Assembly (NCBI RefSeq): GCF_052425735.1
Contig: NC_135761.1
Span: 21,390,001-21,454,000 of the forward strand
Reading direction: 5' to 3'
DNA length: 64,000 nucleotides
Origin: Oculina patagonica
Taxonomy: Eukaryota
The notes under the pieces were generated by a model. The model was not told the origin of the DNA. It did not search any database and saw only the letters and a program-made list of their open reading frames with translations. A program made the position numbers and the translations under genes. Of this stretch, positions 17,924-31,924 are shown piece after piece (position 1 is the first letter of the stretch; each line of letters starts with the position of its first letter).

Positions 17924-20536
17924 AGCACACCTGTCGGTAACTTGCGGTTCCCATTTTAGCCGGAATAAAAGAATATTTTTCAACACGGAACTTGTCGTGC
18001 CCCGCTGCTCTTGAGAAAGTAAATTACCCAGGAAACACACAAACTCAATGGCAACCTCTCGCTGTTTAATCAGAGATTCCACAACAAAGGAATACATTTA
18101 TTTCAAAGGCCTCCTTTGAACAAGAAGAAAAACCACAATAGATTACGAAAAGATTATCAACGTGATATGCACTTGACCTGTGACGTAAGACAGGTCTTTT
18201 AAGGTGCGCAATGGGGGTCTTTAAAGTAGTTAATACAGAAAATATTCCCCTAGATATTCAGTTTACAGACCTGCTGCTAAGTTTGATACACTTCATTTCT
18301 TGCAACGAAATGAGAAGGAAATTTCCACCAAAAGTGAAATAAGCAGTTTAACGCAAAGCGCAAATATAGCATTTTTGAGTAGCAAAATAGAAATTTAGGG
18401 CTGAATAGCGAATCTACCTTAATACGGTGTTCAAAATATACAAGCTGAAATATTAATAATACTGTGGCAAGTTTTCAGCGTACGCAGATAATATCTGGAA
18501 ATCTGTGAAGCAGATAAATTGAGGAGCCCCATAAGAGCAGAAAGTCCTCTGATATCGCCTGACGAGCAGTGCGATAATTTTCGTATCTTAACCCCTAGAG
18601 CCCTGATATCGCCATGTATATACATATTATCCCTATTACTTTCAATTCGTTTATTCTAATACCAGCCGGAAGAGGTTGATTACAAATCAACACAAATTCC
18701 TTTTGCTGATCAATCTATCAATTCCCATGACCTGCATGTCGCATTTTCACTGATATTTTACGGAGAATTTACATCCTAATCAGGACTGACAGAGTTAAAA
18801 AAATCCATTTTTCAAAGACTACTCTTTACATAGTATTTGTTACAATTAATTATACTTGGCTACAATTGTTCGATCTGAACAAATTTCCTTAATATATACA
18901 TGCAAATAACCTTAGCTTATCAAAACGACCGAACCCCGTGAATCGAAACATAATAAGAACCCTGAAATAAGACTGAAGACTTAAATTAAATCTTGAAATC
19001 ATCTTAAATCTAAATATGACCGGAATAACTTATAAGTCAGTCTAAACTCTTGCCAAACGCTAATGTAATGTCTTACAATTTCTTTAATACGCGTCAACTG
19101 CATTAATTACAGAGAAAATGGCAATTAAAAGGACTAAAGGTCACCAAGAGTTTCTGCATAAAACCGGCATCAGAAATTTTACGATGCGAATAACGCTTTT
19201 ACAAAGGATGGACCGGCAAGGATTCGAACCTTTTCACTATTAAACAAAGATTGTTATCGCACAAGAACGAGTGTAATATAATTTGATCACCAAATATTCA
19301 ACGGCCATAAAAAGGCCATGGAAAAATGAAAACGATACGCAAACTTCCTTGAGTTCCGCGCTAACTTTGATCTAGTATTTCAAGGTTTTAAATTGATAAT
19401 TCAATGTTTAAAACATCTTTCCGTGCGGCGCACTCAATTCCTCACAATGGCGAGGGAAATTAAAAATTCTATTTAATTATTTTTGAAACCCAACTGTAAT
19501 GGAAATCCTTTCCAAACCATACACTAAAACTCTTCACTACGTCTTCAATACAATTACTTAATTCAAAAGACGTGGTTTTTAGCGAAAGAATAAATTATGA
19601 ATTTTAATTTATGAAACATAGCAAACAAACTGTCTTGCAGTGTTGCCTATGTCAAGTTGCATTCTTACTCTAGAAATATATATTTTTCTTTCCAGAATTC
19701 TTTGCCGTATATTCATTTTAAAAAATAAAATAAAAAACAGAGAAAATTATCGACGCGGTAAAATTATTCAGTTTGAAAGTAAAGGAAATGGCCCCTTATT
19801 AATATTAAAAACGTAAGAAACATGAATACAAAATACAACTGAACCAACAAGTCTAAAATTAACAACGAATTTAACACTAAAAATAAAAGCCAAATGCCCT
19901 TAGAAATTTTGCCAACGCACACGACAAAAAAAAATTACAGTTTCCTACCAAAATAAGGTTAATAATATAACCCGAGGAGAATTTCCCATAGTGAATATAT
20001 TTTAGTTGATATATTTCCGTGCGATTTCAAATGAAATCGAACTCTTGGTGGTAAAGCAGATAAACAAAAACTCCCGATCGCTCAAAACCATTCTAGTGTG
20101 CGGAGTCCAATCAACTTCCCTCGAGCATTCAATGCAAATACCCTTATTTTTCGCTGTCGCACAAGGTAAATACTACCAAAACTAACAGCCAATATATTTT
20201 GTCTTTCCCAGAAAGAACTTAAATCTCTTAATTCTCTTGGTTGCTTGTCTCTCAAATGAGACATTATAGCAGATTGATGATGACACTCTCATCCTATGGC
20301 TTAAGATAAATTCAACTTGAAAATTTTTTCTCGATATATTTTTGCAGCGTCTTTTCGCATAGTGAAATCTGCAATTTAAGATCTACATCCTCGATTTTAC
20401 GATAAGCGCTCTACAGGTTATACGACCAATAACATTACACGAATACAAAGCTACATTAACTACCTATTTTAGTTGTGCTTTGCTCAAGCTCTTTCTTGAT
20501 CCAAGCTTCTAGAACGAAGAATCGTGTCGATGCCGC

Positions 20537-21490
20537 TCACTGGGCTTTACTTGTTGTGATCTCGCGAGCGCAGGCCGACTCGGCGTGTTTATTAAGGTAT
20601 GATTTCAGAGCGAACGTTCGATCGCAGCGGTCGCACTTGAACTGCTTGAGCGGGGAGTGCGTCTGCATGTGCGCTCGGAGATTCGAACGATCCGCGAACG
20701 CCTTGTTGCATTCAGGACACAAGAAGGGTCTCTCACCCGTGTGAGACCTCATATGTCCCTGTAGAAGCCATGGCCGGCTGAAGGCTTTCCCACAAACATC
20801 GCACTTGTGAAGAAGCTTGTGAGTCAAAACATGCATTGCCAAAGCCGGCATAGACACATACGCCTTACCGCAATGTTCACAGCGCTTGGCAAGCTTACTG
20901 TCCAAGCTTCTGTGAGTCTGTTTATGTCGGGAGAGATTCGACGACGTGGCATACGACTTGCCACATTCAGCACACACATACCGGCTTCGAGCACTGCTGG
21001 AGTGTTCAGCACCTTTCTGGCGCCGATCCGGGCGACCAGCGCTAAAATCTTCAACACAGTTACCGTTTTCATCTAAACTCACATCATCATGATCCTCCTC
21101 TTCAGCGAATCCGTTCGCTTTTTCACCGTTTTCACGGTGTTTTAGCTTGGTATGTGGTAGGGTTTGTGAGACCGATGCCTTTCCCGGCTCGCTCGTGGCT
21201 CCTAAAAAGGGAAGCGAGTGAAAAAACCCAACAGGTGTTACCCAGGAGAATACAATCAACAAATTTCTCTGTGTCAGACCAAGGCGCAAAACGAAACATC
21301 CAAGTAAAATACATAAGCAAGGCCCAATTTTTTTAAATAAATAATAATAATAAAAATAAAAGAATATTTTGAAACTGAGGACAAAAACGTTTCGCTCACC
21401 TTCGGTAACAGTCGGGCCTTGTTGGAACCCAGGGCTTGAAGACAAGCTTCCATATTCTTTTCCTTTTTTAATCAAGAACGATTTCGGCAT
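20537..21490 (-). CDS. SCRT: Transcriptional repressor Scratch (Snail superfamily). Exons 21490-21400 and 21201-20537; 251 aa spliced
   Basis: N-terminal SNAG motif MPKSFLIKK; Scratch-box-like [10 protein letters not shown]; fingers [106 protein letters not shown] are characteristic of Scratch. Intron GAAG|GTGAG...CTTTTTAG|GA. Confidence 0.96.
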   Translation of the reverse strand: MPKSFLIKKGKEYGSLSSSPGFQQGPTVTEGERNVFVLSFKIFFYFYYYYLFKKIGPCLCILLGCFVLRLGLTQRNLLIVFSWVTPVGFFHSLPFLGATSEPGKASVSQTLPHTKLKHRENGEKANGFAEEEDHDDVSLDENGNCVEDFSAGRPDRRQKGAEHSSSARSRYVCAECGKSYATSSNLSRHKQTHRSLDSKLAKRCEHCGKAYVSMPALAMHVLTHKLLHKCDVCGKAFSRPWLLQGHMRSHTGERPFLCPECNKAFADRSNLRAHMQTHSPLKQFKCDRCDRTFALKSYLNKHAESACAREITTSKAQ

Positions 21491-21899
21491 TTTTCAGCAG
21501 TTGCACACACTGACAACACCGACATCGCTTTCTAGAACAAAATTCGCCAATCTCCAGGAAAGAACCGAGCCATCCCCGCCACCACCACAGCATAATAAAT
21601 CGAGATAATTCTTGTCTTGGAAACTCATCTCTCGATCATCCGTCAACAGAAGCTATTAACAATATTTCACACAGCCCACATGTTCCTATAGAATTTTCCG
21701 AAATCCAACCGGAAACCACGGGTCGATGTTCATTCAAATACAACTCCCACACCAACTCTCCGGCTCAAAACGCGATTCCTAGTGGCTGTCCAGTGGAGCC
21801 TCTCTCGAATAAAATGCAGTTTCTAATCATTTCCGATAATAAGAGAAAGCAAGGGGGATATAAACACTCAAGACAAGGCCTCGGGCCCATTAGCAAGAC

Positions 21900-22200
21900 A
21901 TCTCGGCTATTATTCAGGGTGTTTTGGAGGCGGGGTTTGCTGTAGAACAGGGAAACTCGAGTCGTGTAAGCTATGCTCGACGAGATCTCTAGGCTACTTG
22001 TTGGGCCACCTGTTGCCAGGCCACTCATCTGCATACAAAATATTACAAATAATTTATGTGTATTAATATGCATGAGCTATCGCCGGCGCACCAGAGTTTT
22101 GGCGGTAAATGCGGCCTGACGGGCGCGAAATCGCGCCAAAAGCGACCAGCCGTCGCCTGATTGGCTGAGCTGCTCACACTTTAACGCTATTGGTTGGAAT
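21900..22200 (-). promoter_or_regulatory. Candidate Scratch proximal promoter/enhancer: GC box, E-boxes, POU-like site, CCAAT boxes
   Basis: gaggcgggg (~21928), CACCTG (22007-22012), CATCTG (22025-22030), tattaatatgcatg (~22060-22074), attgg at ~22160 and ~22189. The region is GC-richer and free of recognisable repeats. Confidence 0.4.
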
Positions 22201-25200
22201 TTTCATTACAGGAAGCTTCATTAGCGACATTTCCGAGTCCATATTATTAACCACTTTTACTGATTTACTTGTAGGATTCAAACAATATTCTCGCTTATTT
22301 TAATATTATACATTTTTTTTGGCCTTATCTCAGCAATCGCGAAAAACACGAATATATTTGCAATTTTTCAATTCTCTTGTATCAATTAAGAGATATATTC
22401 CTTGACCGCTTGGACTAAGATGTATGGTATTTAATTTTTCTTCTGTCGATACTGAATGTTATTTATTTTCTTTTTCGGCATTAAACGCACAAAAACCTGT
22501 CAGCTCCGATTTTAATATTGTCTCCAATTTTCAAGCGAGAGTTAGATATCAAATAATTCAAATTTGAAGATTTCCAATAACTGAATACTTTAAAACTGGC
22601 ATTTGAATCGATATTTAACAAACCGAGTCTTTCCAAAAAAAAATTTATTTTCTTCTTCTTTAACCGAGAAACGACATGGTATAAACCCGAAGGAAAAAAA
22701 AACTAAAATGAGGTTTTATCTGTTGACATCCGGGCTGAGAATCAAACTACTATAATTTACCCTGAAACAAGATTTATTTACACTCTAAAGTAAAATAAAA
22801 ACCCACGCGGGAGATTGTTCTTGAAAACACATGCGGTTTCCATGACGTATAAAAACCCATCAGTTTACCACGGGTCAAAACCATTATATCAAGCCTGTTG
22901 AATGCAATTTCCGACACAAAAATGCTTCTCCACAGCTTACTGATACACGATAAAAATAGATATAAATATTTCGGTCTGTTTACAGCCATGACAAGCAGAA
23001 CAACGTCAGTGACAGATCCGTCAAAAGGTGCTTCTTGCCACAAAGCAAAACAAACCATAATGGCATCATACGGAAAGTACAACGAAAAAAAATTGAAGCG
23101 CTTCGAGGAAGAGATTGGGAAACCGAACACAACATTTAACACTGTTTTAAAATTATATTCTTCCTTCCTACGCGAAATTCTTGTTTTGCAATTTACTTAT
23201 TTCCCATAATGAAATATCGCCTCGACGAATCATAAATATTGTTAGTTATCATTTTGCTCGGAGGACATCTCCACATAAACCTCTTTTTATGCCAAAAATA
23301 TTATTGAAACAATAAATTATAGTACAGCTAAACATAATTAACATTTTTCTAACACCGGACACCGAGAATAAAGATAATTTTTTTTAACTATATTTGGTAC
23401 AATTTTATTCTTTTTCGTGAGGTATACAAGGAAGCAGGACTAACAAGATATTTCGCAGAAACTAAATAAAAATCGCACACTCGGCTTAAAAGGTTCTTGT
23501 TCGCTGTTTATGTCTCTCTTATATTGCTCAATTACGAAAGCGCCGAATGGCAGGGAAGGTAAACCACAAGCTTAATTGGCAGCCACAAAACACACTTTGG
23601 TGGCATGGAATTAGAAACACAAAGAACATGTACTATTATTAATTTCACTGCACGCTAAAACTGGAAAGAGCGGAAAAGCTTAGCGGAAAATCCCATCTTA
23701 TTTGCTATGTTTTCCCTTGAAACCTTTTCTAACTTCGGTCCTTTAATTAGGACGAAAGCTTTCTTGAATGAAACAGCTTTAGCCCAGCTTTTTTTTATAT
23801 TCGTGAATTTTTTTCGTGCGCGAGTTTCAATTCACACCAAACAAAATTGTAGAATTGCACAGACACGTTGCCATGGAAACGTAGGAAGCCATTTAAAACT
23901 AAAATAACTGAATGATTTACAGCACACGCAGCGTCTTGTCATTTGCATAAAACATAGTGTTAAACGGTATTAAAGGAATACACTTGTTTCACGAGATAAG
24001 TTGTCAGTTCCCGCAGTTAAAAGCCGTTTATCGGGAGATTTTCCACCAAACAGAAGGCTTGCTTTCGATTCGGAATCGCCTTCTGACGTCACATGGCTTG
24101 TCACATTCAGCATTTTGATGGCTTTTCTTGAAATCACTAGCTGTCATTAACTCATCAATAAAACAATCGCTACAGGAAAAAAATATACGTTGAAGATAAA
24201 CTTCGTGGAACAAATTCTAATTGTAAAAAAAATTGTTGCAACCAAGCATCGTACAAAATTTTGATCAAAATGTTTACAACACGAACTTAAGTGTTTGAAC
24301 TACAAAAAAACCTTGTCAACATAGCCAACAACATTAAAATAGAGAAATTACATTGAATAAACATCGTTAGCTGCTTTCCACTTAATTATTCGCGGGAAAA
24401 TAGGACACCAGTAATAATTATATCTCTGAATAATTTATTTAGCGTTAGAAACTAAATTGCAAACAAACTGGCAGCTTCGAGTGGAATGCAAAGTGGCTTT
24501 GTAGGTACCACGCAAAACAGCATAACACTCGCTTGTTAGAGAGACTGTCTCGTAATTTTAAGTTGTAGAAATCAATTTATTTATGCTCAGGAAAATAGAC
24601 CAATTCAAGGAAGGCTTGTAGTTATGTGCCATTAACATTTTATTTCACACCGGTCACTGTTCAAAATAGTCCTTCGAAATAACAGCCACGTTCCTTTGAG
24701 ATTAACGAGCTTCCTCAATGAAGCCACACTTGTACCACGGTGGGGGCGAAAAGTGAAAAGGCGGAGGGCTAGGGGGCGGATTAAAAAAGTATCCGACCAA
24801 TTTTGTTTCGCTCCTTCGGTCCTCAATTTGTTTGCCAAACAGTATGGGGGCGCGGGCTCTTATCCTGAGGCTAGATGCAAAATGTATTTTTATAAAGAAA
24901 ACGAAGAATTCAAGATTGTATACAGAGTTCGCGAGCATGCAAAATATATATGTAGCATGGTCAGTTTTATTGCCAAAAACCTACACGAAAGTTTCCAGAT
25001 AGGTACCATCGGTACACAAGAGAGAAACAAGAAAAGTATGCCCTCGAGATAAATGCCGTTAAAAGTTAAGCGAACGCCAGGTGGTAGTTGATGTCTGCCT
25101 TCATTTCCTTTAATTTTCATGGCCTCGGGAGTAGAATCGTTCGACTGCGACGAACAACCGCATAGTTTTTGTCAAACGTTTTAGATTTTCATCTAAACTG

Positions 25201-25385
25201 ATAATACAAACATGGGATAAAATTTCGGGCTCAGGATTGAATGGAACTTATGCCTCTATGAACAGCAGGACATTTAAACACTATTTTGTTTGCATTGCAG
25301 CACTTTGTTAAGCTTAGTCATACAGAATTGTCACGCAACTTTTATACAGACTTGTCACGCAACTTTCGTTCTGCAGTGCTGCAGG

Positions 25386-25863
25386 TAGGCTTTTGTACAT
25401 TATGCTTTTGTTTCCCCACTAGAATGCTCCACCTTAATGCTCCATTTTCCCACTAAAATGCTCGGTCTCCCTCAAAAAAGTCGCTAAAATGCTCGGATAA
25501 TGCTCATTATACAAACAGTTTTTCTAAAAAAAACTTTGAAAAAGCGGTTAACACTTACGTACAAGTGTTGTAAGTAACAACAACAACGTATACAAGTTCA
25601 TAAATACAGCCAAAACAACATAATCCTCGAAATCATCTACGAGGCTTAGTACAGAAAGTAGTTGACTATCTCTAGAAAGTTATTTGTAGTCGAATTTTGA
25701 GTTTTAGTCTTCATTTTCTCTAAAAAAAATTAATTTCTTTTTTTATTTTCTCGGGAAAAAATCAATTTTCCGAGCAAATGCCACTAAAATGCTCGAATAA
25801 TGCTCAATACTTTTGTCTCACTAAAATGCTCGAAAAAATGCTAGTATAATGTACAAAAGCCTA
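25386..25863. mobile_element. hAT-type MITE with 8-bp TSD GCTGCAGG
   Basis: TIR taggcttttgtacatta / taatgtacaaaagccta; gctgcagg at 25378-25385 and 25864-25871; subterminal aatgctc repeats. Confidence 0.85.
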
Positions 25864-26521
25864 GCTGCAGGTGGTGTCGATCCACAGCGTGCACACAACA
25901 GAACACACAGCAGCCTGGCGACCAGCTGGCCAGCCTACACGCCATTCAGCTGCATTGGCAGTCAAAATTGTGATATTGACTCTGTGGTAGAGCAAGTCAC
26001 ATCGTTTATCATCTGCACGAATGGTATTTCTATCTACCTGCTCATCCAATAAAAACAAAATAATAAATAAGCATTGCTGAGCCAGCTCGAAGACGACCAT
26101 CTGTTTCAAACAACCCTAAGCTTAAGAAATATTGCCCTAATCCCAGAAGATACTACACTCCTTTTGTTCTACTCCGTGGGCTCAAAAACAGCGTGGCTAA
26201 GTCCAGCTAGTTAAGGGGTATCTGAACAAACGCTTTAAGGAAGTCTCGTGATCGGGGTAAACAAAGAAGACAAAAAGAGGAAGCTACGCGAATCTATTTT
26301 CATTTATGAGGAAAGTAACCCAGCTATTGGGGTTCCGTTGATTTACATAGCAATTTTCAAGTTGAGAGAAGAGTGATCTGACCAACGAGTGTCACCAACA
26401 GCCCCGATAGTTTACCGCACACGTGATTATTTTGCTGTCTTTATACTTCAGTCGAAAAAATAAAACATATGCCGTTGAGAACATTTGTTTTGTTTTTTTC
26501 GCTACTCAGGAATCTTGTAAA

Positions 26522-27021
26522 NNNNNNNNNNNNNNNNNNNNNNNNNNNNNNNNNNNNNNNNNNNNNNNNNNNNNNNNNNNNNNNNNNNNNNNNNNNNNNN
26601 NNNNNNNNNNNNNNNNNNNNNNNNNNNNNNNNNNNNNNNNNNNNNNNNNNNNNNNNNNNNNNNNNNNNNNNNNNNNNNNNNNNNNNNNNNNNNNNNNNNN
26701 NNNNNNNNNNNNNNNNNNNNNNNNNNNNNNNNNNNNNNNNNNNNNNNNNNNNNNNNNNNNNNNNNNNNNNNNNNNNNNNNNNNNNNNNNNNNNNNNNNNN
26801 NNNNNNNNNNNNNNNNNNNNNNNNNNNNNNNNNNNNNNNNNNNNNNNNNNNNNNNNNNNNNNNNNNNNNNNNNNNNNNNNNNNNNNNNNNNNNNNNNNNN
26901 NNNNNNNNNNNNNNNNNNNNNNNNNNNNNNNNNNNNNNNNNNNNNNNNNNNNNNNNNNNNNNNNNNNNNNNNNNNNNNNNNNNNNNNNNNNNNNNNNNNN
27001 NNNNNNNNNNNNNNNNNNNNN
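26522..27021. other. Assembly gap (500 N)
   Basis: Run of exactly 500 N, typical of a fixed-size scaffolding gap. Confidence 0.99.
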
Positions 27022-28416
27022 TTAAAATACACCTAATTTCAATTACGTCATAGAAAAAAGTGAAAGGAATAAATTAGCTTTATCATTATAACGGTAGCAT
27101 TTAATGAAAACTCACAAGTTTATATCTGTACACTTATAAATTGATTTATGTGTATTTTGAGTCGTTTTGAGGTCATTTCTACCGGTAAATTTCAAACATG
27201 CCTTCAATTAATTTCTTCTGACAACCCTATTGGAATTAGGTGTAGTTTGAAATATTTTAGAGTTACTTTTCAAAGATCAGCAATCAACCAATCGCGTCCG
27301 CGAAGACGTTCATTCTCCGTGATCCATTATCAGCAGAAAAGTACCGCAAACTTAAAGGACCCTAGTCAGCCACGCCTTTGTTTTTGTTTTCATACGAGAA
27401 TTTCTGTATTATATTTTTCGCGGAGCGTGTCTAAAGGAAAGAGATCAATGCGAAATTGCCAAAGTAATTAAACAGACTTCAATTGCAATAAGAATTCGCT
27501 TCGCCATACAGTTTTTATAATTTCGATGGCATCCAAAATGGCGGAGGCTGACTAGGATCCTTTAAAGTGGAAACAAAAACAAGTCGCTAAGCGTAAGCGC
27601 GCGATGCGTTGTATATTTATTCCAATGTAATTGATGTGGTGCAAATTATGTCGGGTTTACTGTTCGACACCTAAGTCGACCCACTAGTGAACACCGTTAT
27701 CATGCCATCGGAAGACACCTTAAAACACAACATGACAACAAAGGACAAAGATCATCTCTTGAATGTTATAAAAAAATAAAGAAGCAACTCCCAAATCGCG
27801 ATTCGCGCTAAACTTTTTACTTGACACTTTCGTACCTTTAATTAGAATTTCTCAATTTTTTAATCTCTTGTTTTTTACTTTGGAAGTTATACCCATAGGA
27901 CATACAAATATTTGTTTTTCGTGTCTTTTATATTCGTCTCAACTTTTACTTTTTGACTTGATAAATGGCGTAGAGAAGAACAAAAACCGTCTGCAATTTG
28001 CAAGCCATGGTGTCACAATCCTGACCGACCAAAAAAAAACCGTGATAGAAATGCCAAGGAAAACTGATTTTTTTAGTTCACAAATTGATCCTTGTTCGTG
28101 AATGAAGACCCAAAATTAAACGCAGTCGGACTCCATACGTCCGAAGTTATTTGTTTAATTAAATACAGCACGCACTGACACTTTGAACGCTAATGAACGT
28201 GATCAAACACTTTTAAAATATTCCAATGTGCTCTGTCAACTTTGCATATATTTAATTTCAAAACTGCAACCGTTAACTCTCTACGTGATAATCGGGTCAA
28301 AGATGACTTCTAATTCGAAACGTCGAAGTTTTAAAATGTCTCTCATTTTCACTGTCAAGTGCTTTTGCGTCGATAAACTATAACAAAATGTCACTCAAAA
28401 CCATGATGTATCATTA

Positions 28417-28763
28417 CAGTGGATCTTCGATATAACGATGAGAATTTAGTGGACCGAACGTAAAAACTTCCCCGATATAACGATATCATCAGTACACAGT
28501 CGGAATTTAGGCTTATTATGAATTTAATACAATGACAAAACAGTAATCGAGTAATCTCTAACGTTTCTGAGAACAGCTTTATAGGATGATATACGAAAAT
28601 GAAGCTATATTCTAAGTCTCTTTATCCAGTAAAAAGTAAATGTTAGGTTTACCCCTACATAACGATATTTTCGGTTATTTTACGGCCATATCGTTATATC
28701 GGGAATTTCGATAACAATAATTTTACTGCTTCCTTGGCATATCGTTATATCGAAGTTCGACTG
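28417..28763. mobile_element. Tc1/pogo-type MITE with TA TSD
   Basis: TA-cagtggatcttcgatataacga...tcgttatatcgaagttcgactg-TA. Confidence 0.75.
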
Positions 28764-29804
28764 TATAAACAATCTATGCAGAGTTATTTCTTACCTCGTC
28801 GACGTGACAGGTGCAGGAGACAGAAAATGTACCACCTCACGCTTTTATAACCGGTCACGCCAATTGCCACTGACCAGAAATGCACGCCGTTTCACTTATC
28901 TAACTTTTTGGTTCAAATGAATTTTGAACCTAGATACCGCCGGCTCCTCGGTCATTGGCAGGTTGCCGGGACAGACTTTACGAAAATGAAAATGACCATG
29001 CTAGAAGTATTGGTGTTCTAGGTTTTATTGACAAGGTTAACTTTTAATTAGAAGTAAAAAATTTCTAAAACGGAAAGGAAAAAAGAAGGCCGAACTCCTT
29101 GCCGGGGGGAGGGGGAGCGCTAGCGGGAAGGAGGACTGGGTATAAAATTGGTTCCAGATGCAAGGACGTTTTCCATTTGTTCAGTCGAAAAAAAAAATGG
29201 AACGATTTAAAACTGGAACAACATGTTTTCCATCAAGTAGCAAATGCCTTTGGCTGTGAACCAGTGAGCAGGAAACATTGAGTCTGCGTACAATACTGCA
29301 ACGCGATGGTAGCCAGGACTGAGAAGGCGGCTTTTTGCCTCTGTGTACACTGGCCGGTCTTAGTTGTATGATAGCCATTTAGCAGAACAGTAAAAAGGAA
29401 ACTGTACGTGCCACAGTTGTAGAGTTACCATTGAGCAGAAAAGTGACTTGGAAACTAAGGGAAAACAAGTTTCTGGACTACGCCTTTCACCAAATTTTCC
29501 TCATTGGCCGTCTTTACCTTAAAAGACCTGAACAGAAATATGCTGTCATCGGTATCCCATCATGACGTGCACTTGCGCTTGGCTAAAAGAGTTCTAGAAC
29601 CAAGGGTTGTGATTTTTATTTATTTTTTAATATTGTTATTGATACAAAGGAAAAAAAGGATAAATAAATAAAATAAAACTTGTAGCATACAAAATACAGA
29701 ATACCGTAAACTGCCGCTTAGAAGCCCCCCCCCCCCCCGACTATAGGCCCATCTCCCCCCCTCCACCTCCGCCGGAATATAAGTCCCCCTCTGCTGGATG
29801 GCAG

Positions 29805-30425
29805 TAAAGGAAGGAAGGGAGATCTGAAGGAATGTCAGAACTGGAGAGGCCCCATGCTGCTGTCGACGGCCGGAAAAGTACTGAATAGGATAATTCTGGA
29901 AAGATTGAAAGTAGAGGTGGACAAACAATTGAGTGAAGAACAGACTGGGTTCAGGAAAGATGGGTCATGCACAGATCAAATTGCCACTCTGAGGATCATC
30001 TCGGAGCAGTCTCTAGAGTGGAACTCTCCTGTTTATGCGACCTTTGCAAATTGTGGACTATGAAGAGGCATTCGACAGCGATGATAGGGAAGTTTTGTAG
30101 AAGCTGTTACGCCACTATGGCATCCCAGAGAAACACATCACTCTTATACAGAAGACCTATGAGAAGTGCACCTGTAGAGTCATCCACAACGGAGTTCTTT
30201 CAGAACTGGTTGAAATGCTCACTGGAGTGCGCCAGGGTTGCTTGCTGTCGCCCTTCTTGTTCCTGCTTGTCGTCGATTGGATAATGCGGAGGACGGCAGA
30301 GAAACTTCAGGATGGCATACAGTGGACCCTCACGACCCAGCTAGAAGATCTGCACTTCGCCGACGACATCGCCTTTCTCTCGCAAAACCACAGGAGCATG
30401 CAATCCAAGCTAACAAGACAGGCAA
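29805..30425 (+). mobile_element. RTE-clade LINE reverse transcriptase fragment (frameshifted pseudogene)
   Basis: GDLKECQNWRG..LLSTAGKVLNRIILERL..EQTGFRKDGSCTDQIATLRII / VDYEEAFDS..LLRHYGIP..GVRQGCLLSPFLFLLVVDWIM..LEDLHFADDIAFLS; contains frameshifts and an in-frame stop. Confidence 0.9.
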
Positions 30426-31183
30426 TCCCAATGCTCATTTTGAGACGTCTTTTCATTATTCGGCTTATAAGTCCTCCTCTGCGAATAAAGGGCCCTCCTT
30501 ATAATAATGATTGACTGACTGGTGAGAAGAAGTTTACGTTTTCTGCTGATCTTCCCTCATTGGAATAGTTACTCCTCTGTTTGATGACAAAAGGCTGGAT
30601 CGGAATTACGAGGAGACACCAGCCACCCGAATAACTACCATTTATTTCAACACATGAACACCTATATACTCGCCCAAATGTAGGCCTTGTTTTGCAGTAT
30701 GACCATCTTCCTCAAGCTTAGAATGGCAAATTTCAGCTGAACTCAGCGAAGTGTAAGCCGAGATCCCGTGCAACTGTGTCAAAAATAGTGCAATGCTTAA
30801 ACACCTACAATAATGCCAAAATCTACAGCACATCATAGGTTTATTTAGTCTTTCACCTCAAATTCTTTCTGATCATTTTTGCAATAATTTCTATGCCCAA
30901 CGTTTCTTTTCTTGACACATATAAGAAATGGAACTTGCTATTATCTAAAGAGGCATATCACACAAAGAAAAGAAAGCCAGTCATTTTTTGATTTTACCAG
31001 ATTTTTCTACAGCCAAAAATTATATTTGTGTCGCAAGAAACCTAAAAATAGAAGTCCATTTTCATTAAAAACTGCTATATTACAGCACTGAAACTGTTAG
31101 CCTTCTCTTTTCTGTACACTATTTTTTCGTTTTTTACAACGTTAAAAGCTATACATGGCCAAGCGCCAAAGTTCCCAAACTCA

Positions 31184-31345
31184 AATTCTGAAGTGCTGTT
31201 GGTACCACCGTCCATGAAGATAAAGAAGACACTTGCTGACAGAGCTTTTTCCGCTGCTGCTCCATCTGTTTGGAATAAATTGCCAAGAGAAATAAGACAT
31301 GAGGACACTTTATACGTTTTAAATCGAAACTGAAGACATTTTTAT
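31184..31345 (+). mobile_element. L2/CR1-clade LINE ORF2 3' end fragment
   Basis: Translates LLVPPSMKIKKTLADRAFSAAAPSVWNKLPREIR...FKSKLKTFLFRKAYE*, the typical L2 C-terminus, followed by an AT-rich tail. Confidence 0.8.
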
Positions 31346-31924
31346 TTAGGAAAGCGTATGAATAGGATCATTTTTATTATCTATTAATTTTATTTTTTCA
31401 GCTTTTTAAATAATCTTTTTTTTTAGTCATATGTACATTATTGTAAATAGCTAGTTTTTAAATCACGTATATTCTTAGTATTAATTCATTTTATGGTGTG
31501 CGGCGCATTTCTTCATATTTATATGTTAATGGTACCGTGCGTAAAGACCAAAATATAGCGTTCTCTGAAACATCCCGTCTGCTTTTTCATTGATCTGAAT
31601 ATCAGTGACGAAAATCCATTTATTCTGATATTCCTTTTATTTTATTATTTTTTATTTTGAATATCAATCGGACATTTTTAATGGCTACACTAAAATCCGA
31701 AAACCTAAACGGCATGATGAAAAATATACTTCGATTTTTAAGTCCTAAACATTGAAATTCAACTTCGTTTCAATTCACCATGCGGAATCGGGAAAGCGAC
31801 GTGTATTTCGATGCCATTTTTGTAAGCATACAAATGCATTGAGCTGATGTCAATGCATAGCGTAAATTAGGCCTAAGTTAGCATTTTCCCGTCTATTGTC
31901 CTAAATAATTCTGTTTTGATGCCG

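Noticed and set aside
18549-18580. CTGACGA-gcagtgc-GATAA resembling a hammerhead core
   Set aside because: GAAA box not intact and no convincing stem I or III.
26423-27053. Long ORFs of 176-200 aa in the ORF track
   Set aside because: They consist of X residues from the N gap. The gap also means adjacency of Scratch and the GPCR cluster depends on scaffolding, so I make no co-regulation claim.
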